Positions 47,280-57,384 of a DNA stretch of 64,000 bases are shown piece after piece. Both the position numbers and the translations under genes were made by a program. The notes under the pieces were generated by a model. The model searched no databases. It saw only the letters and a program-made list of their open reading frames with translations, and was not told where the DNA came from. The stretch lies in the IMG/VR virus record IMGVR_UViG_3300021254_000020, positions 96,001 through 160,000 of that record; one strand, given 5' to 3'. Positions within the stretch are counted from its first letter, which is position 1. Each line of letters opens with the position of its first letter. The stretch is from a virus. Taxonomy: Duplodnaviria > Caudoviricetes.

Positions 47280-47645
47280 CTAATATGTTTCTTTAATAAA
47301 TTGGGTAATGGTATTTACAGCTTCCTTATATGATTCTAGATCTAGTACACTTATTGGATCCATTAGACTAACAGCTACGATATGTCTCAAAGTATCTGGG
47401 TCTGGTATTAGTACTGCTATTATTAACAATACTGGTCCAGGAAAGAGACATATTACGGCTAAACCATGCTTACTAAGGTCTTCTATATCCTTCCTAGTAC
47501 ATTCCATTATAAAGAAAAATACAACAATTGATATTAGTCCTCCAATACCGCCTATGATCATCTTCACATACATCATCCTATTTATAATGAAATAGAATAA
47601 TGCTGAATGAGTATGTATCAGATCTATGTACTGCATCCCTTCCAT
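47280..47645 (-). CDS. Two-TM membrane protein, paralog of 47657-48016
   Basis: FYFIINR/VYFVANR; LIPD/VLPS after the second TM. Confidence 0.7.
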   Translation of the reverse strand: MEGMQYIDLIHTHSALFYFIINRMMYVKMIIGGIGGLISIVVFFFIMECTRKDIEDLSKHGLAVICLFPGPVLLIIAVLIPDPDTLRHIVAVSLMDPISVLDLESYKEAVNTITQFIKETY

Positions 47646-47656
47646 AAACTCACCTC

Positions 47657-48016
47657 CTAATAATTTTTATTGATAATTTTGGTTAGAACTTCATGATCCC
47701 AATTAAATTGATCTACATTCCCATCATAATCAACAGGATTGATAATAGTATTTACTAAATATTTAGTTGCGGTTTCTGTACTAGGTAGAACTATAGATAT
47801 TATTATCATGAATAGAGCAATACCAATTAATACCGGTCTAAGTGGTAGATCTAATACATAATATACTCTATCATTTAAATCTTCATTCATGCCCAAGATT
47901 ACCAACGATATGAATAGAAGAGTAACTCCAGAGAAACCAATCGCTACTTCTACTGCAGTTAGTCTATTAGCAACGAAATACACAATGGTTGGATAGGTCT
48001 GCAGTGCATCTAACAT
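47657..48016 (-). CDS. Two-TM membrane protein
   Basis: GGAGGTG SD before 48016. Confidence 0.7.
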   Translation of the reverse strand: MLDALQTYPTIVYFVANRLTAVEVAIGFSGVTLLFISLVILGMNEDLNDRVYYVLDLPLRPVLIGIALFMIIISIVLPSTETATKYLVNTIINPVDYDGNVDQFNWDHEVLTKIINKNY

Positions 48017-48075
48017 AAACTCACCTCCAATCAAATAAAATAAATAGGGTAGGTAATTGTACCTACCCTATCTTC

Positions 48076-50511
48076 TTAGTGACGCTCTATCTTTGCTACG
48101 TATTTGGGATCCACCCCAATGGATTTGAGTTTAGCAATATACTCTTCTCTAGCCTGATTATACTCCTTGATACCAATATCTCTGTGTACAATCTGCTTGA
48201 GCTTAGTACTATTACCTTCTCTCTCCAGTTCTATAGTATGTTGTTGAACTCTATATTTCTCAACAGCATCAAGCTGTTCTTGAGTAATAGGTCCACCTTT
48301 ATATTGCAATTCTTCTGGAAGTTTAAATGCAATCTTCTTATGAACTACAGGAACTCTTTGTGCTACTATTCTTAAGCAAGGTTGATATCTAAACTTCTTA
48401 ACCTTATGGAAGTTGAGACGTTCTCCCAATACTTTCAAGAATGCCTGAACGATATCAGCTGACTGAGACACACAATCCTCATTCAGTCTAACATCGAATG
48501 CAAATGGATCTCCAGTCAACAGTTGTTCATTCAGACGTCTAGCCTCTGGAGAACTACTGTTCAGATTGAATTCTTCTATAAAGATTTCAGCCCCTACGTG
48601 AGAAGATATAGTAGAAGACTCCATTTCACCATAGACTCGTACTGGTGTACTAGCATATCTAGCATTGTGAGTCTTAGCCATTCTACTCTTGGAGTTCTCA
48701 TTACGTATATTAGTAGATGCCAATGATACAGCAGAGAACTTCTCTTCTGCCAGCTGCTTAAGACGGAAGATATACTTATAACCAATTACTACTGGTCTTC
48801 TAGTATATACCATTCTAGCCTTACCACTAGAGTCAATCATAGGAACCGCTACATGACAATACTTCTCTAAGAAGGGGAATTCATTATATATCATCCTCAG
48901 TTTATCAATGCCCATATTAGAACTGATAGGAGCCATTGATACCATAATATATCCGTCATGGAGTATCTCTTCGATAAAGAGATCTCTATTGAATTGATTA
49001 TCATCATCTACAGGATTGAGTCTAGCTCTATCATCCATAGGATCTGGCTTACCATAAGTAAACCTATAATGCATAGCCAACTCATCTGCTTGTTCAGGAT
49101 TTAATAACCAGATATACTTATGAATTAGTTGGAAAGCTACGTCGTAATCCTTTACATTAGTCTTAATGTATTCCAACAATTTCCAACCGATGGAAGTTAT
49201 GCTGGTCTCGAATAACTGACCATCATTGAGTCGGTTGATACAAGTACACATTGAATACAATACATCCACTGGATGCCAACGACCATCTTTGAGATAATGA
49301 GGCATCATACTATCTGGACGAACCTTAGAGATAACACCTTTACCACCATATCTATCAGTGATCTTATCTCCTCGTACCAGTGGTTTATTGTGTTGTATTA
49401 TGATTTCCATAGAGATATTACTGAATACTTTGTCTTGGATATATTGAGTACCTTGAGAAATCATAACCATATTATGGAAGAGCTTTTGAAGTTCATACGA
49501 GACATTGATCTCTTTTCTAGTACCATCCTCATTATATAAGAATGGACTGACCTTTTTGACAAACTCCTTAGCACATCTCATAGATTCATCATAGTATTTC
49601 TTTACCTGCTGATAATACATATTATCTTGTAATTTATCAGGATTATTGCAATACACGTTGATATCTATGACTTTACCATCATCACAAAGGAACTTCTTAT
49701 CATTCATCATAGGTTCTTTTAAACGGTCCCATGACTGAGAGAAGAGTGCTTCTTCATCTTTCATCTCTCTTCTTAATGCACAGATAATAGAATTCTCTAC
49801 TCTCTCACCAATATCTGGGAAGGTTTTGTATTCCTTATCTTTACCGTATCTATTGAGAAGAATGTCATTATCATTTATCTTGATCTCTATTTTAGAAATC
49901 AATGGAGAAGAGAATCTCTTAGCAGCTGATTCTGAAATAACGATTGGGTCTTCCTTTACATCCTCACATGCAATATACATGGTAGTCATATTCAGACCTT
50001 CTGCTCTATTCAGATTCTCGTCATAAGAAATGGTCTGTTTAATAACAGTACCTTTTCTAACCACATCGTTCAACAGTAAGCTATCTAAGTAATCATTATT
50101 AAACAGATAACCAAAGAACTCAGTAATGTGATGATATGGGGTACGTTCAATCACACTAATGAGATTGTGTTCTCTATTGTATAGTATCAACCAATAGTGA
50201 TCATTGGGTTTGAATGAAAACTTACTGATCTTGGCCAATACAGTATAATCACAATCAGCAGTCAAGAAGTTAGAGCTAGCGTAACCCAACTGGTTCTCAT
50301 ATCCAGTAGATATGATCGGAGCTTCAGGTTCTAGAATCTGGATAGCTTGTTCCATCTGAATACCCTGCATGATCTTTCTAGATCCTGAATTTGTATTACA
50401 AAATGGCTGTTTTAAGCTACGTCCTAAAATACGCTCCAGTTTACCACCCAACCGTTGATTAACTTTCTCGATTTCGTTTATAAGATTTAAACTTCCGGTA
50501 CTTCCTTTCAA
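48076..50511 (-). CDS. Phage multisubunit RNA polymerase beta subunit, C-terminal half (probably non-virion RNAP)
   Basis: PFCNTNSGSRKIMQGIQMEQA, EDPIVISES, GDKITDRYGGKGVIS, RLNDGQLFE, YIFRLKQ, VYGEME. Confidence 0.92.
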   Translation of the reverse strand: MKGSTGSLNLINEIEKVNQRLGGKLERILGRSLKQPFCNTNSGSRKIMQGIQMEQAIQILEPEAPIISTGYENQLGYASSNFLTADCDYTVLAKISKFSFKPNDHYWLILYNREHNLISVIERTPYHHITEFFGYLFNNDYLDSLLLNDVVRKGTVIKQTISYDENLNRAEGLNMTTMYIACEDVKEDPIVISESAAKRFSSPLISKIEIKINDNDILLNRYGKDKEYKTFPDIGERVENSIICALRREMKDEEALFSQSWDRLKEPMMNDKKFLCDDGKVIDINVYCNNPDKLQDNMYYQQVKKYYDESMRCAKEFVKKVSPFLYNEDGTRKEINVSYELQKLFHNMVMISQGTQYIQDKVFSNISMEIIIQHNKPLVRGDKITDRYGGKGVISKVRPDSMMPHYLKDGRWHPVDVLYSMCTCINRLNDGQLFETSITSIGWKLLEYIKTNVKDYDVAFQLIHKYIWLLNPEQADELAMHYRFTYGKPDPMDDRARLNPVDDDNQFNRDLFIEEILHDGYIMVSMAPISSNMGIDKLRMIYNEFPFLEKYCHVAVPMIDSSGKARMVYTRRPVVIGYKYIFRLKQLAEEKFSAVSLASTNIRNENSKSRMAKTHNARYASTPVRVYGEMESSTISSHVGAEIFIEEFNLNSSSPEARRLNEQLLTGDPFAFDVRLNEDCVSQSADIVQAFLKVLGERLNFHKVKKFRYQPCLRIVAQRVPVVHKKIAFKLPEELQYKGGPITQEQLDAVEKYRVQQHTIELEREGNSTKLKQIVHRDIGIKEYNQAREEYIAKLKSIGVDPKYVAKIERH

Positions 50512-50897
50512 AGATTTTCTCTCCCCTCTTTATAGATATAATTATATTCAGGAATTAATAACTTAAGTACGTCTAAAATAGCTCCTTGTATAGTTTCAGT
50601 CACTTCGAAACCATGAAGGAAAACTTCTACTTCTTTGGAAATACCTTCCATACCTTTAATCAAACTTGCCATCTTTACCACGCTTGGATAGATATCATCA
50701 CTAAGACTAATCTCTTTATCTACAATAAATACTGCATACGTATCAATCACAGGATAGAGATCAACACTACCAATGCATGGGGATCCTTTGGTGATATTTT
50801 TAATATCTTCTCTCTCGATATCACTAATATTCAAATCCTGTTTATCAAACCACTCTTTTGAGCAAAAGCTCATTCTCAAAACCATTTCTTCTTCCAT
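50508..50897 (-). CDS. Hypothetical protein
   Basis: GAGAGG SD; overlaps the RNAP start. Confidence 0.7.
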   Translation of the reverse strand: MEEEMVLRMSFCSKEWFDKQDLNISDIEREDIKNITKGSPCIGSVDLYPVIDTYAVFIVDKEISLSDDIYPSVVKMASLIKGMEGISKEVEVFLHGFEVTETIQGAILDVLKLLIPEYNYIYKEGRENL

Positions 50898-50952
50898 TTC
50901 TATTCCTCTCCTTAAATAGTATAGACTGGAGGGAGCAGTCCTTTTCTCCCTC

Positions 50953-50974
50953 CATATCTATAGTATGTGCTTCA
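50953..50974 (-). promoter_or_regulatory. Early-type promoter upstream of the RNAP beta-C/ligase operon, abutting a hairpin
   Basis: Minus strand TGAAGCACATACTATAGATATG then GAGGGAG/CTCCCTC hairpin. Confidence 0.55.
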
Positions 50975-50987
50975 GCATATTATGGGG

Positions 50988-52373
50988 TTAATAGAACCCC
51001 TCCAAAATATCGTCGAAGTGCATATTTGCAGATTCAGTTCTATCTATCTCCATTGGAATCTGTCTCAGGATCGGTAACATATGTTGTTTAAAGGCGTTTC
51101 TAAACTCGATATCATTATTTATCTTATCCTTGAATGTACCCATAGAGAACTTGAATACTCTTTCAGGATCGAAGGATACACTTGCTCCACCACCATATAA
51201 GAGTTTAGCACCTCTTAGGAACTCCAGCATAGAGAGCCAAGGATCAAACCCATTAATGAAGTCATAAACCATATTAATAGGTCTCTTAATACCCGAAGAG
51301 CGAGACTTAACTAAGGATACCTTAACAATACTACCCTCTACATGATATAGATCATCCATCTTCAGCTTAGATGCATTATCCATACGATAGATATTGTTGG
51401 CTAAGAGTGTAGCCTTCTTACCCTTAGGAATACGCTCACCTTGTTTCAACCAAGGAACATCCGGAGCCTTGGGGAACATAGTCATCTGTACATCGCTACT
51501 AAAGTGATTAATACCGAATACAATGATATTAGCAGCCTTCAATAACTGTAAGATAGCCTGCATCATCTGACTCATTACTGCTGCTGTATGAGCACCATAT
51601 GACTTACCTTGCAATTGATCTTCATCTACCATCTCTTCAGGCATCAATGCTGCAATGGAGTCAATGAGATATAAGGTAGGAAACATCTTTATGATGGGTT
51701 TACCATCCAGATCTTTCCTCCCTGAATCATAGATATAATCCTGAGGACGTTCCTTTGTCTTGATATCGCTAAGAGTCTTAATACGCTGATAGATATTCTC
51801 TATAGTAATACCAGAATTACGAATGATATATCTATCATCAAAATCATTCTTGCTGAACTTACTGAGATATCTACGACGTACTTCAGTCATACCCGATTCT
51901 ATGTCATCTACCATGATAGATGCTTTCGGATATGGACGAGCGATATTAGCAATGATCTGATTTGCAAGAGTAGATTTACCGACACTAGTATTTGCTACCA
52001 AGCATACATATGATCCATCGGTAATGCCAAGATTGTAGTAGTCTTCCAATTCTCCAGTCTTAGTATTGAGCTGTTGAGCAATATAGCCGTTCAAGTAATC
52101 GAGAGTAGGAAATCCAGTAGGATATAAGATATCGGGTACTGCTTCACTACTCATGGCTAATCCCATCTTGGCTACCTTAGACCTAAATACCTCGGTTAAT
52201 AAGCTAGATGGGCTACCACCTACAATATCATTTGCTGAATCAATAGCCTTTTTGGCAAAGAAAGGCATTTTTCTGTTGTACTCCTCCACCAATGAAATTG
52301 GTGTCCATTCTTGGAATACAGGAAATTGTGGGTGGTTGGGTTCTCTGTAATTCAATATAATCTCTCCTCTCAA
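50988..52373 (-). CDS. RecA/UvsX-like recombinase
   Basis: PTGFPTLDY, Walker A ANTSVGKST, DIESG, Walker B LIDSIAAL, INH, VKSR. Confidence 0.85.
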   Translation of the reverse strand: MRGEIILNYREPNHPQFPVFQEWTPISLVEEYNRKMPFFAKKAIDSANDIVGGSPSSLLTEVFRSKVAKMGLAMSSEAVPDILYPTGFPTLDYLNGYIAQQLNTKTGELEDYYNLGITDGSYVCLVANTSVGKSTLANQIIANIARPYPKASIMVDDIESGMTEVRRRYLSKFSKNDFDDRYIIRNSGITIENIYQRIKTLSDIKTKERPQDYIYDSGRKDLDGKPIIKMFPTLYLIDSIAALMPEEMVDEDQLQGKSYGAHTAAVMSQMMQAILQLLKAANIIVFGINHFSSDVQMTMFPKAPDVPWLKQGERIPKGKKATLLANNIYRMDNASKLKMDDLYHVEGSIVKVSLVKSRSSGIKRPINMVYDFINGFDPWLSMLEFLRGAKLLYGGGASVSFDPERVFKFSMGTFKDKINNDIEFRNAFKQHMLPILRQIPMEIDRTESANMHFDDILEGFY

Positions 52374-52410
52374 AATATGATGTATATGAGTGTCAACGTG
52401 GTTCTAATTT

Positions 52411-53229
52411 TTAAGGTAAGTGGATTCTTTTTTCCTTAGCTAGCCTATTAACCACGCTTGCAATATTAGGGAATATATTAGGCTGTATATTACTGAATGA
52501 GATACGAACCTCATCTATATCTATCTTCTTTTCTGCTATCTCATATAAATAATAGGCTTCTAGTATACTGGATAGATCTTCAGGTTTTAGACTCTCCAAT
52601 ATACTTAATATAGCACTATTCATTCTATTAGCTATAGTAATATGAGACTCTCCAATCCAATCAGCATCATTATTCTTATCATATACGAAAGAATCCTTAG
52701 CTGTATAGATGAATAGCATATATACATCCTCTATACTACTACAACTAGCACAATAGATATCAGTGATTCTTTTAGTAGTCATTAGGTCTTTACTAGTACA
52801 CAAGATTACGAAATTCATTCTAGATATGCAATCCTTCTTGGAGAATGAACTCTTTCTTGCTACTGCTAAGAATGCACTCATTGTTCTATCTAGTCCACAA
52901 TCAATAAAGGCTTGTACCATCTTTCTATTGGCTACGATTCCTAGATTAATCAATATAACCTTTAGTGTATCATTAGCCTCATTGATCTCCTTATAAATCA
53001 TAGCATTACAATAAACTCTTTCCTCATAAGTTAATTGTACGGCTAGTATTACTTGACTCAATAAAGATAGAAATCTAGCAGACTTCTTAAACACATTGAA
53101 ACAAGGATCGTCATTGATATTAGATAGGAATTCTTTATACTGACTAGCTAGAATGAGATATGCCTCCTCTTCTGGTAGGGTCAGTACTGGTTTTAGTTTC
53201 TTTGCGATTTGCTCTGGACCTGTAGGCAT
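52411..53229 (-). CDS. Hypothetical helical protein
   Basis: AGGAGG SD, 272-aa ORF. Confidence 0.75.
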   Translation of the reverse strand: MPTGPEQIAKKLKPVLTLPEEEAYLILASQYKEFLSNINDDPCFNVFKKSARFLSLLSQVILAVQLTYEERVYCNAMIYKEINEANDTLKVILINLGIVANRKMVQAFIDCGLDRTMSAFLAVARKSSFSKKDCISRMNFVILCTSKDLMTTKRITDIYCASCSSIEDVYMLFIYTAKDSFVYDKNNDADWIGESHITIANRMNSAILSILESLKPEDLSSILEAYYLYEIAEKKIDIDEVRISFSNIQPNIFPNIASVVNRLAKEKRIHLP

Positions 53230-53314
53230 AAAATCGCCTCCTTAAAAAAGAAAAAATAGGGAGTCTTAAAGACTCCCCTTATTTGTGTAGATAGGATTGC
53301 TCCTACCTACATTT

Positions 53315-54523
53315 TCACAACTCGTCTCTTACTTTGGGGTAACCTACGGTAATGACTTTCTTTTCAGTTTCGAATTGAGAGAAAAAGCTCTTCTTGTTCT
53401 TCTGTACTTTAGCCTTGTCCTTACTTTGGTTGGTACCAATAGGACCAGTGCCAAATCCGAGATTGGTATCCATGTTGCTAACCATATTGAAGAAGTTATC
53501 TTTTGCCAAGTCAGTCTTTTTCATAGCTCTTTCGAACTTATGATATACTTCCTTTATCTCATCAATAGGTAACTTCATACCGCTAGCAATTACGGCTACA
53601 CTATCAGTACCATCCCCATCCTGCTTATGACGGAAGATCTCAGTAGGGAATCCATATTTCTTGATGAGTTGATCATACCCTTCATCAATCAATCCCTGAA
53701 TACGATTAGAAGCAGATACAATAACCCCTAATCTCTTAGCAGATGGTTCAGTTGGAAGGGATACGGACTTATCAATCATAGCCTGAATAGAATCATTGAA
53801 CTGTTCAGGTTCGCTGATCTTTTCCAGTTCTATAGATTCTACAGTCATGTATCCAGGAGCTGTATTGAGCTTGTAGAGGTCCATATTATCTACATTGGAA
53901 TCAGACGGATTCAAATCCTTACCAATCAGAATACGAACTCTTTGGCTGAATACCTTATTGGCATATTCTTCAGCAGCTCTACGGTTATTATCTACCATAG
54001 GGAGACAGCTCTTATTGCTGATGGATTGAATCACCATGTTTTCATCGAGATCTTTGAACCATTCAACAGTATTTTTTAATCCACGAGCATCATCCTCAAA
54101 TCCAGTAAATGATACCATGTTTACAGGAATACCATTAGGGAGTTCATCGTTCTTAGTAATGGCCTGGATGTATTTACCCAGAATAACAGATGCGCCAGAA
54201 CCGGTGCCGCCTTCTGAGCTGGTTACAATATGAATTATCTTTTCATCACCATCAATGAGAGCATCAATCGGATTCTCATCAACACTCTGCAGATATTCGA
54301 TCATCATCTTCTTAGCAAGATCACGATCTTTCCCGCAACCGCCAGTACCTCCTATAATCAAAATATTATCTCGATCAAAATCTTCTGGAAGATCTCTATC
54401 GGTGGAATTGATCAAGAGACATTCGGTGATATCAGCTACCCCGTCTTTGATTAGTTGGATTATAGCTTTATTACCTGCTGCTCCAACCCCAATGTACTTG
54501 CACTTCAAACTCAAATTAAACAC
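53315..54523 (-). CDS. Tubulin/FtsZ-like GTPase (PhuZ/TubZ type)
   Basis: IGVGAAGNK, INST, GCGKD, signature SEGGTGSG, T7-loop-like NVDNMD. Confidence 0.9.
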   Translation of the reverse strand: MFNLSLKCKYIGVGAAGNKAIIQLIKDGVADITECLLINSTDRDLPEDFDRDNILIIGGTGGCGKDRDLAKKMMIEYLQSVDENPIDALIDGDEKIIHIVTSSEGGTGSGASVILGKYIQAITKNDELPNGIPVNMVSFTGFEDDARGLKNTVEWFKDLDENMVIQSISNKSCLPMVDNNRRAAEEYANKVFSQRVRILIGKDLNPSDSNVDNMDLYKLNTAPGYMTVESIELEKISEPEQFNDSIQAMIDKSVSLPTEPSAKRLGVIVSASNRIQGLIDEGYDQLIKKYGFPTEIFRHKQDGDGTDSVAVIASGMKLPIDEIKEVYHKFERAMKKTDLAKDNFFNMVSNMDTNLGFGTGPIGTNQSKDKAKVQKNKKSFFSQFETEKKVITVGYPKVRDEL

Positions 54524-54630
54524 AACCTTTCTTATATGATACTATATTTGACGCATATAAACCATGCGGCTTATATCAAACTTAAATAAAAAGTAAGAGG
54601 AGGTTCATTTAGTAACCTCCTCTACTTATA

Positions 54631-55383
54631 TTATAGAGCTTCAATAGCACTATTTGCTACACTAACAATGTCCGAGCTCCAATCAGGATCGCTGGCATAT
54701 CCTGCTTCCTGCATAGATGCAAGGGTAGTATACCCATTAGAGTAGTAATGTTTCTTAATCCACATGGCCCCGGCCATAATACCTTCATCTACACTAGAAC
54801 CCATTACATCGGCTTTGCCTGGATCACTATCCACAGCATTAATACCGAAATAATTATGTCTGGTTCTAGCTAAATAAGAAGTCCCATATCCACTTTCTAC
54901 TGACGCATGAGCGTATATATAGATTGGATTGAGACCAGTTGCTTCAGCAGCTTTTATGAACGCGGAACCATGACCAGAGAATCCTGTTTTTCCAATGGTT
55001 GATTCATAATAATCAATTATCCTATTCATATCCTCTACTGAGATCGAAGAGTTGGCGCCGATATCTGTATACTCAGAGTATCCAGACATCTTTAATTGTA
55101 ATACATTATGTTTTTGGATTCTTTTCTTGTGCGTTATATTCATCGCACTATTGAGTTTATTTGACTGATTTTCTTGTTCATCTCTAATTTGTTTGAGCAT
55201 CGCCAGTACTTCTTTTGAAGCTTCGCGGGATTCCTTTAACTCAACCTGTACCTCATTATACTGGTTAGTCAGGTCGTTAACCTTATATAGCAAAAATCCA
55301 TTTACTACAATAAGGCCTCCAATTAAAACCTGCATCCAACGAACCCTCTTCATTAAGTTCTGCTTAGTCTCTAAATTCATCAA
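54631..55383 (-). CDS. GH73 glucosaminidase with N-terminal TM anchor and coiled coil (cell-wall hydrolase)
   Basis: AHASVESGYG, NYFGINA, YASDPDW motifs. Confidence 0.85.
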   Translation of the reverse strand: MMNLETKQNLMKRVRWMQVLIGGLIVVNGFLLYKVNDLTNQYNEVQVELKESREASKEVLAMLKQIRDEQENQSNKLNSAMNITHKKRIQKHNVLQLKMSGYSEYTDIGANSSISVEDMNRIIDYYESTIGKTGFSGHGSAFIKAAEATGLNPIYIYAHASVESGYGTSYLARTRHNYFGINAVDSDPGKADVMGSSVDEGIMAGAMWIKKHYYSNGYTTLASMQEAGYASDPDWSSDIVSVANSAIEAL

Positions 55384-55492
55384 ATCATCCTTTCAGGTAG
55401 TTGTTCTCCAGACCAGTCTACTTACCTAATAACCTGTCATTCAGACCAGCTGGCGTGGCAAACACCCAGCATGTTACTGCTGGGTGAGGAAC

Positions 55493-55651
55493 TTACTTGC
55501 GATCTGCTTTCTGATTCTGCTGCTGCATCTCTTCGAGCTTACGTCGCAACGCTTCTCGTTCCTGTTCATTATTGGCATGTGTTACTCCGAGGCCTAAATC
55601 TCCTACTTCAGTTAAGGCCACCATCTCGCCTTCATTATCAGCTTTATACAT
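55493..55651 (-). CDS. 52-aa protein MYKADNEGEMVALTEVGDLG...KADRK
   Basis: AAGGAGGTG SD, late-type motif 55677-55688, hairpin 55464-55487 after stop; below ORF-track cutoff. Confidence 0.7.
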   Translation of the reverse strand: MYKADNEGEMVALTEVGDLGLGVTHANNEQEREALRRKLEEMQQQNQKADRK

Positions 55652-55713
55652 AATATATTCACCTCCTTATCGTAATTATTAAGCTGTTAAAAGGTTCATT
55701 AATATCCACACAC

Positions 55714-55735
55714 CATATCTATAGTATATAGTTGA
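55714..55735 (-). promoter_or_regulatory. Early-type promoter motif
   Basis: Minus strand TCAACTATATACTATAGATATG. Confidence 0.55.
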
Positions 55736-55788
55736 GAGTTAGTTTATAAAAAATAAAGATGGACAATTTGTCCATCTTTATTACCTAA

Positions 55789-55920
55789 TTATCTATAACT
55801 AAACATAATGGAGTCACTAGGGATTCCCAACATATTCCTTAGCTCTTCAATACTATACTTATCTTCCTCAGACACATCTTCTTCCTCTTCGACAACTGCC
55901 TTCTCTACGTTCTCTTCCAT
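55789..55920 (-). CDS. 43-aa acidic microprotein MEENVEKAVVEEEEDVSEEDKYSIEELRNMLGIPSDSIMFSYR
   Basis: AAGGAG SD immediately after the stop of the upstream gene. Confidence 0.6.
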   Translation of the reverse strand: MEENVEKAVVEEEEDVSEEDKYSIEELRNMLGIPSDSIMFSYR

Positions 55921-55933
55921 TATACTCTCCTTA

Positions 55934-56674
55934 TTATCTTTCTTCTGGTAACTGAACAGATTGATCAGACTCTAGCTCATCAGTATCATAATCAAATGGC
56001 TCTAGTTCATCTTCTACCTTCTTTTTAAGCTCTTCAGTATTCACCTCTTCTGGTTGTTTTGGGGTAACTTTGAATCCATTTGCTTGCTGTTTGGGTTGTT
56101 CTTCTTCATGGTGATGATGTTCCTCAGTATGAGTTTCATCATTAACCAGATCAGCCATTGGCCCTACAGCAGCCATGATATAAATCTGGATATAATTCTT
56201 AATAATCTTATCTTCCATCTCTACAAGATTACCAGGGAGATATGCAGTAATATCTGCTCTTTGAAGCATATCATTCTGAGGGCTAATACTATACACAGAT
56301 ACTTTGGTCATACCATACATCTCGCATAGATAATCGATTTTCAATAGCTTGGTATGTACCATATTCACGCCAGTCTCATTATCTACTACATAGAAACGTA
56401 TAGTAGCACTGCTGTTAGTCGGATGCATCACCTCCTGTAGATATACAGCTCCAGGAACTATCGTCTCATCCTTAAACTTTACTACATTCTCACTCCCTCT
56501 CGGAGTATTCTGAATCCAGTAATCTGTACCCAGTACTCCATTGTTCTCGATGTTATTCATAACATCATTTGCTTCAGCAACTGTTTTAAACCAAGCTACC
56601 TGCAGCTCCCCAGTAATATTGTTTTTAATTGTCATTTTCACTGGGGTAATAATTTCTGGTTCTAAGAATCTCAT
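55934..56674 (-). CDS. Hypothetical protein with acidic/His-rich tail (start MRFLEPE)
   Basis: GGAAGG SD before 56674; early motif 56742-56764. Confidence 0.7.
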   Translation of the reverse strand: MRFLEPEIITPVKMTIKNNITGELQVAWFKTVAEANDVMNNIENNGVLGTDYWIQNTPRGSENVVKFKDETIVPGAVYLQEVMHPTNSSATIRFYVVDNETGVNMVHTKLLKIDYLCEMYGMTKVSVYSISPQNDMLQRADITAYLPGNLVEMEDKIIKNYIQIYIMAAVGPMADLVNDETHTEEHHHHEEEQPKQQANGFKVTPKQPEEVNTEELKKKVEDELEPFDYDTDELESDQSVQLPEER

Positions 56675-56747
56675 TTTAAATACCTTCCTTTCAAAAAACG
56701 ATCCTAACAACTGTCGCGATAGATGATTAATTAATCATCTATCACTA

Positions 56748-57284
56748 CTATAATATGTGGTTGATTATCGTTTTATCTCTCGTTTCTTTATTAACCATTC
56801 TAAGGTATATCTCAGGGTCTATTATTGTTCTACATCTACTATCATCATCGAGATCAATAATACAATCGAATATCGTATTTCTGTGGTTCCTCTTAGCAGT
56901 TCTAAGCATATATGGTAATTCATTCTCATCCATATTCCATTTCTTAATAAGAACATTTCCAAAGAATAAATAAGAGAATAATCTATCTATCCTTTCTTCT
57001 CTATTTGCACACTTGTTAACGTATGATGATAATAATGGTACTATTAGAACGATCTTATTTCCTATAGACAAATGCATTATTTTATCTTCAGTAGACCAGA
57101 GGTAGTTCTTCTTATAAAAGGTATCACTATTCTTTTCATATCTAAATAATATTTCATCTATACTAGATAATCTATTGTATTTATTAGCCTCATATAAAAA
57201 GTTCTTGGCCATTTTCCAAATAATACTACTATTTTCGCACCTTAAGATATTCTTTAAATCATTCTCTATTAATCTGGTATCCAT
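56748..57284 (-). CDS. Hypothetical protein
   Basis: GGAGGG SD before 57284. Confidence 0.6.
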   Translation of the reverse strand: MDTRLIENDLKNILRCENSSIIWKMAKNFLYEANKYNRLSSIDEILFRYEKNSDTFYKKNYLWSTEDKIMHLSIGNKIVLIVPLLSSYVNKCANREERIDRLFSYLFFGNVLIKKWNMDENELPYMLRTAKRNHRNTIFDCIIDLDDDSRCRTIIDPEIYLRMVNKETRDKTIINHIL

Positions 57285-57384
57285 ATTATATCCCTCCATT
57301 TACACACTAAAACACCACTAGAGGATTATCCTCTAGTGGCATTGATCCTCTTATTAGATACGTCTTCGATATTGTAGAATCCTA

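Noticed and set aside
55384-55450. Hammerhead ribozyme (CTGAATGA...GAAA)
   Set aside because: Core spacing deviates from CUGANGA and stems I/III could not be built
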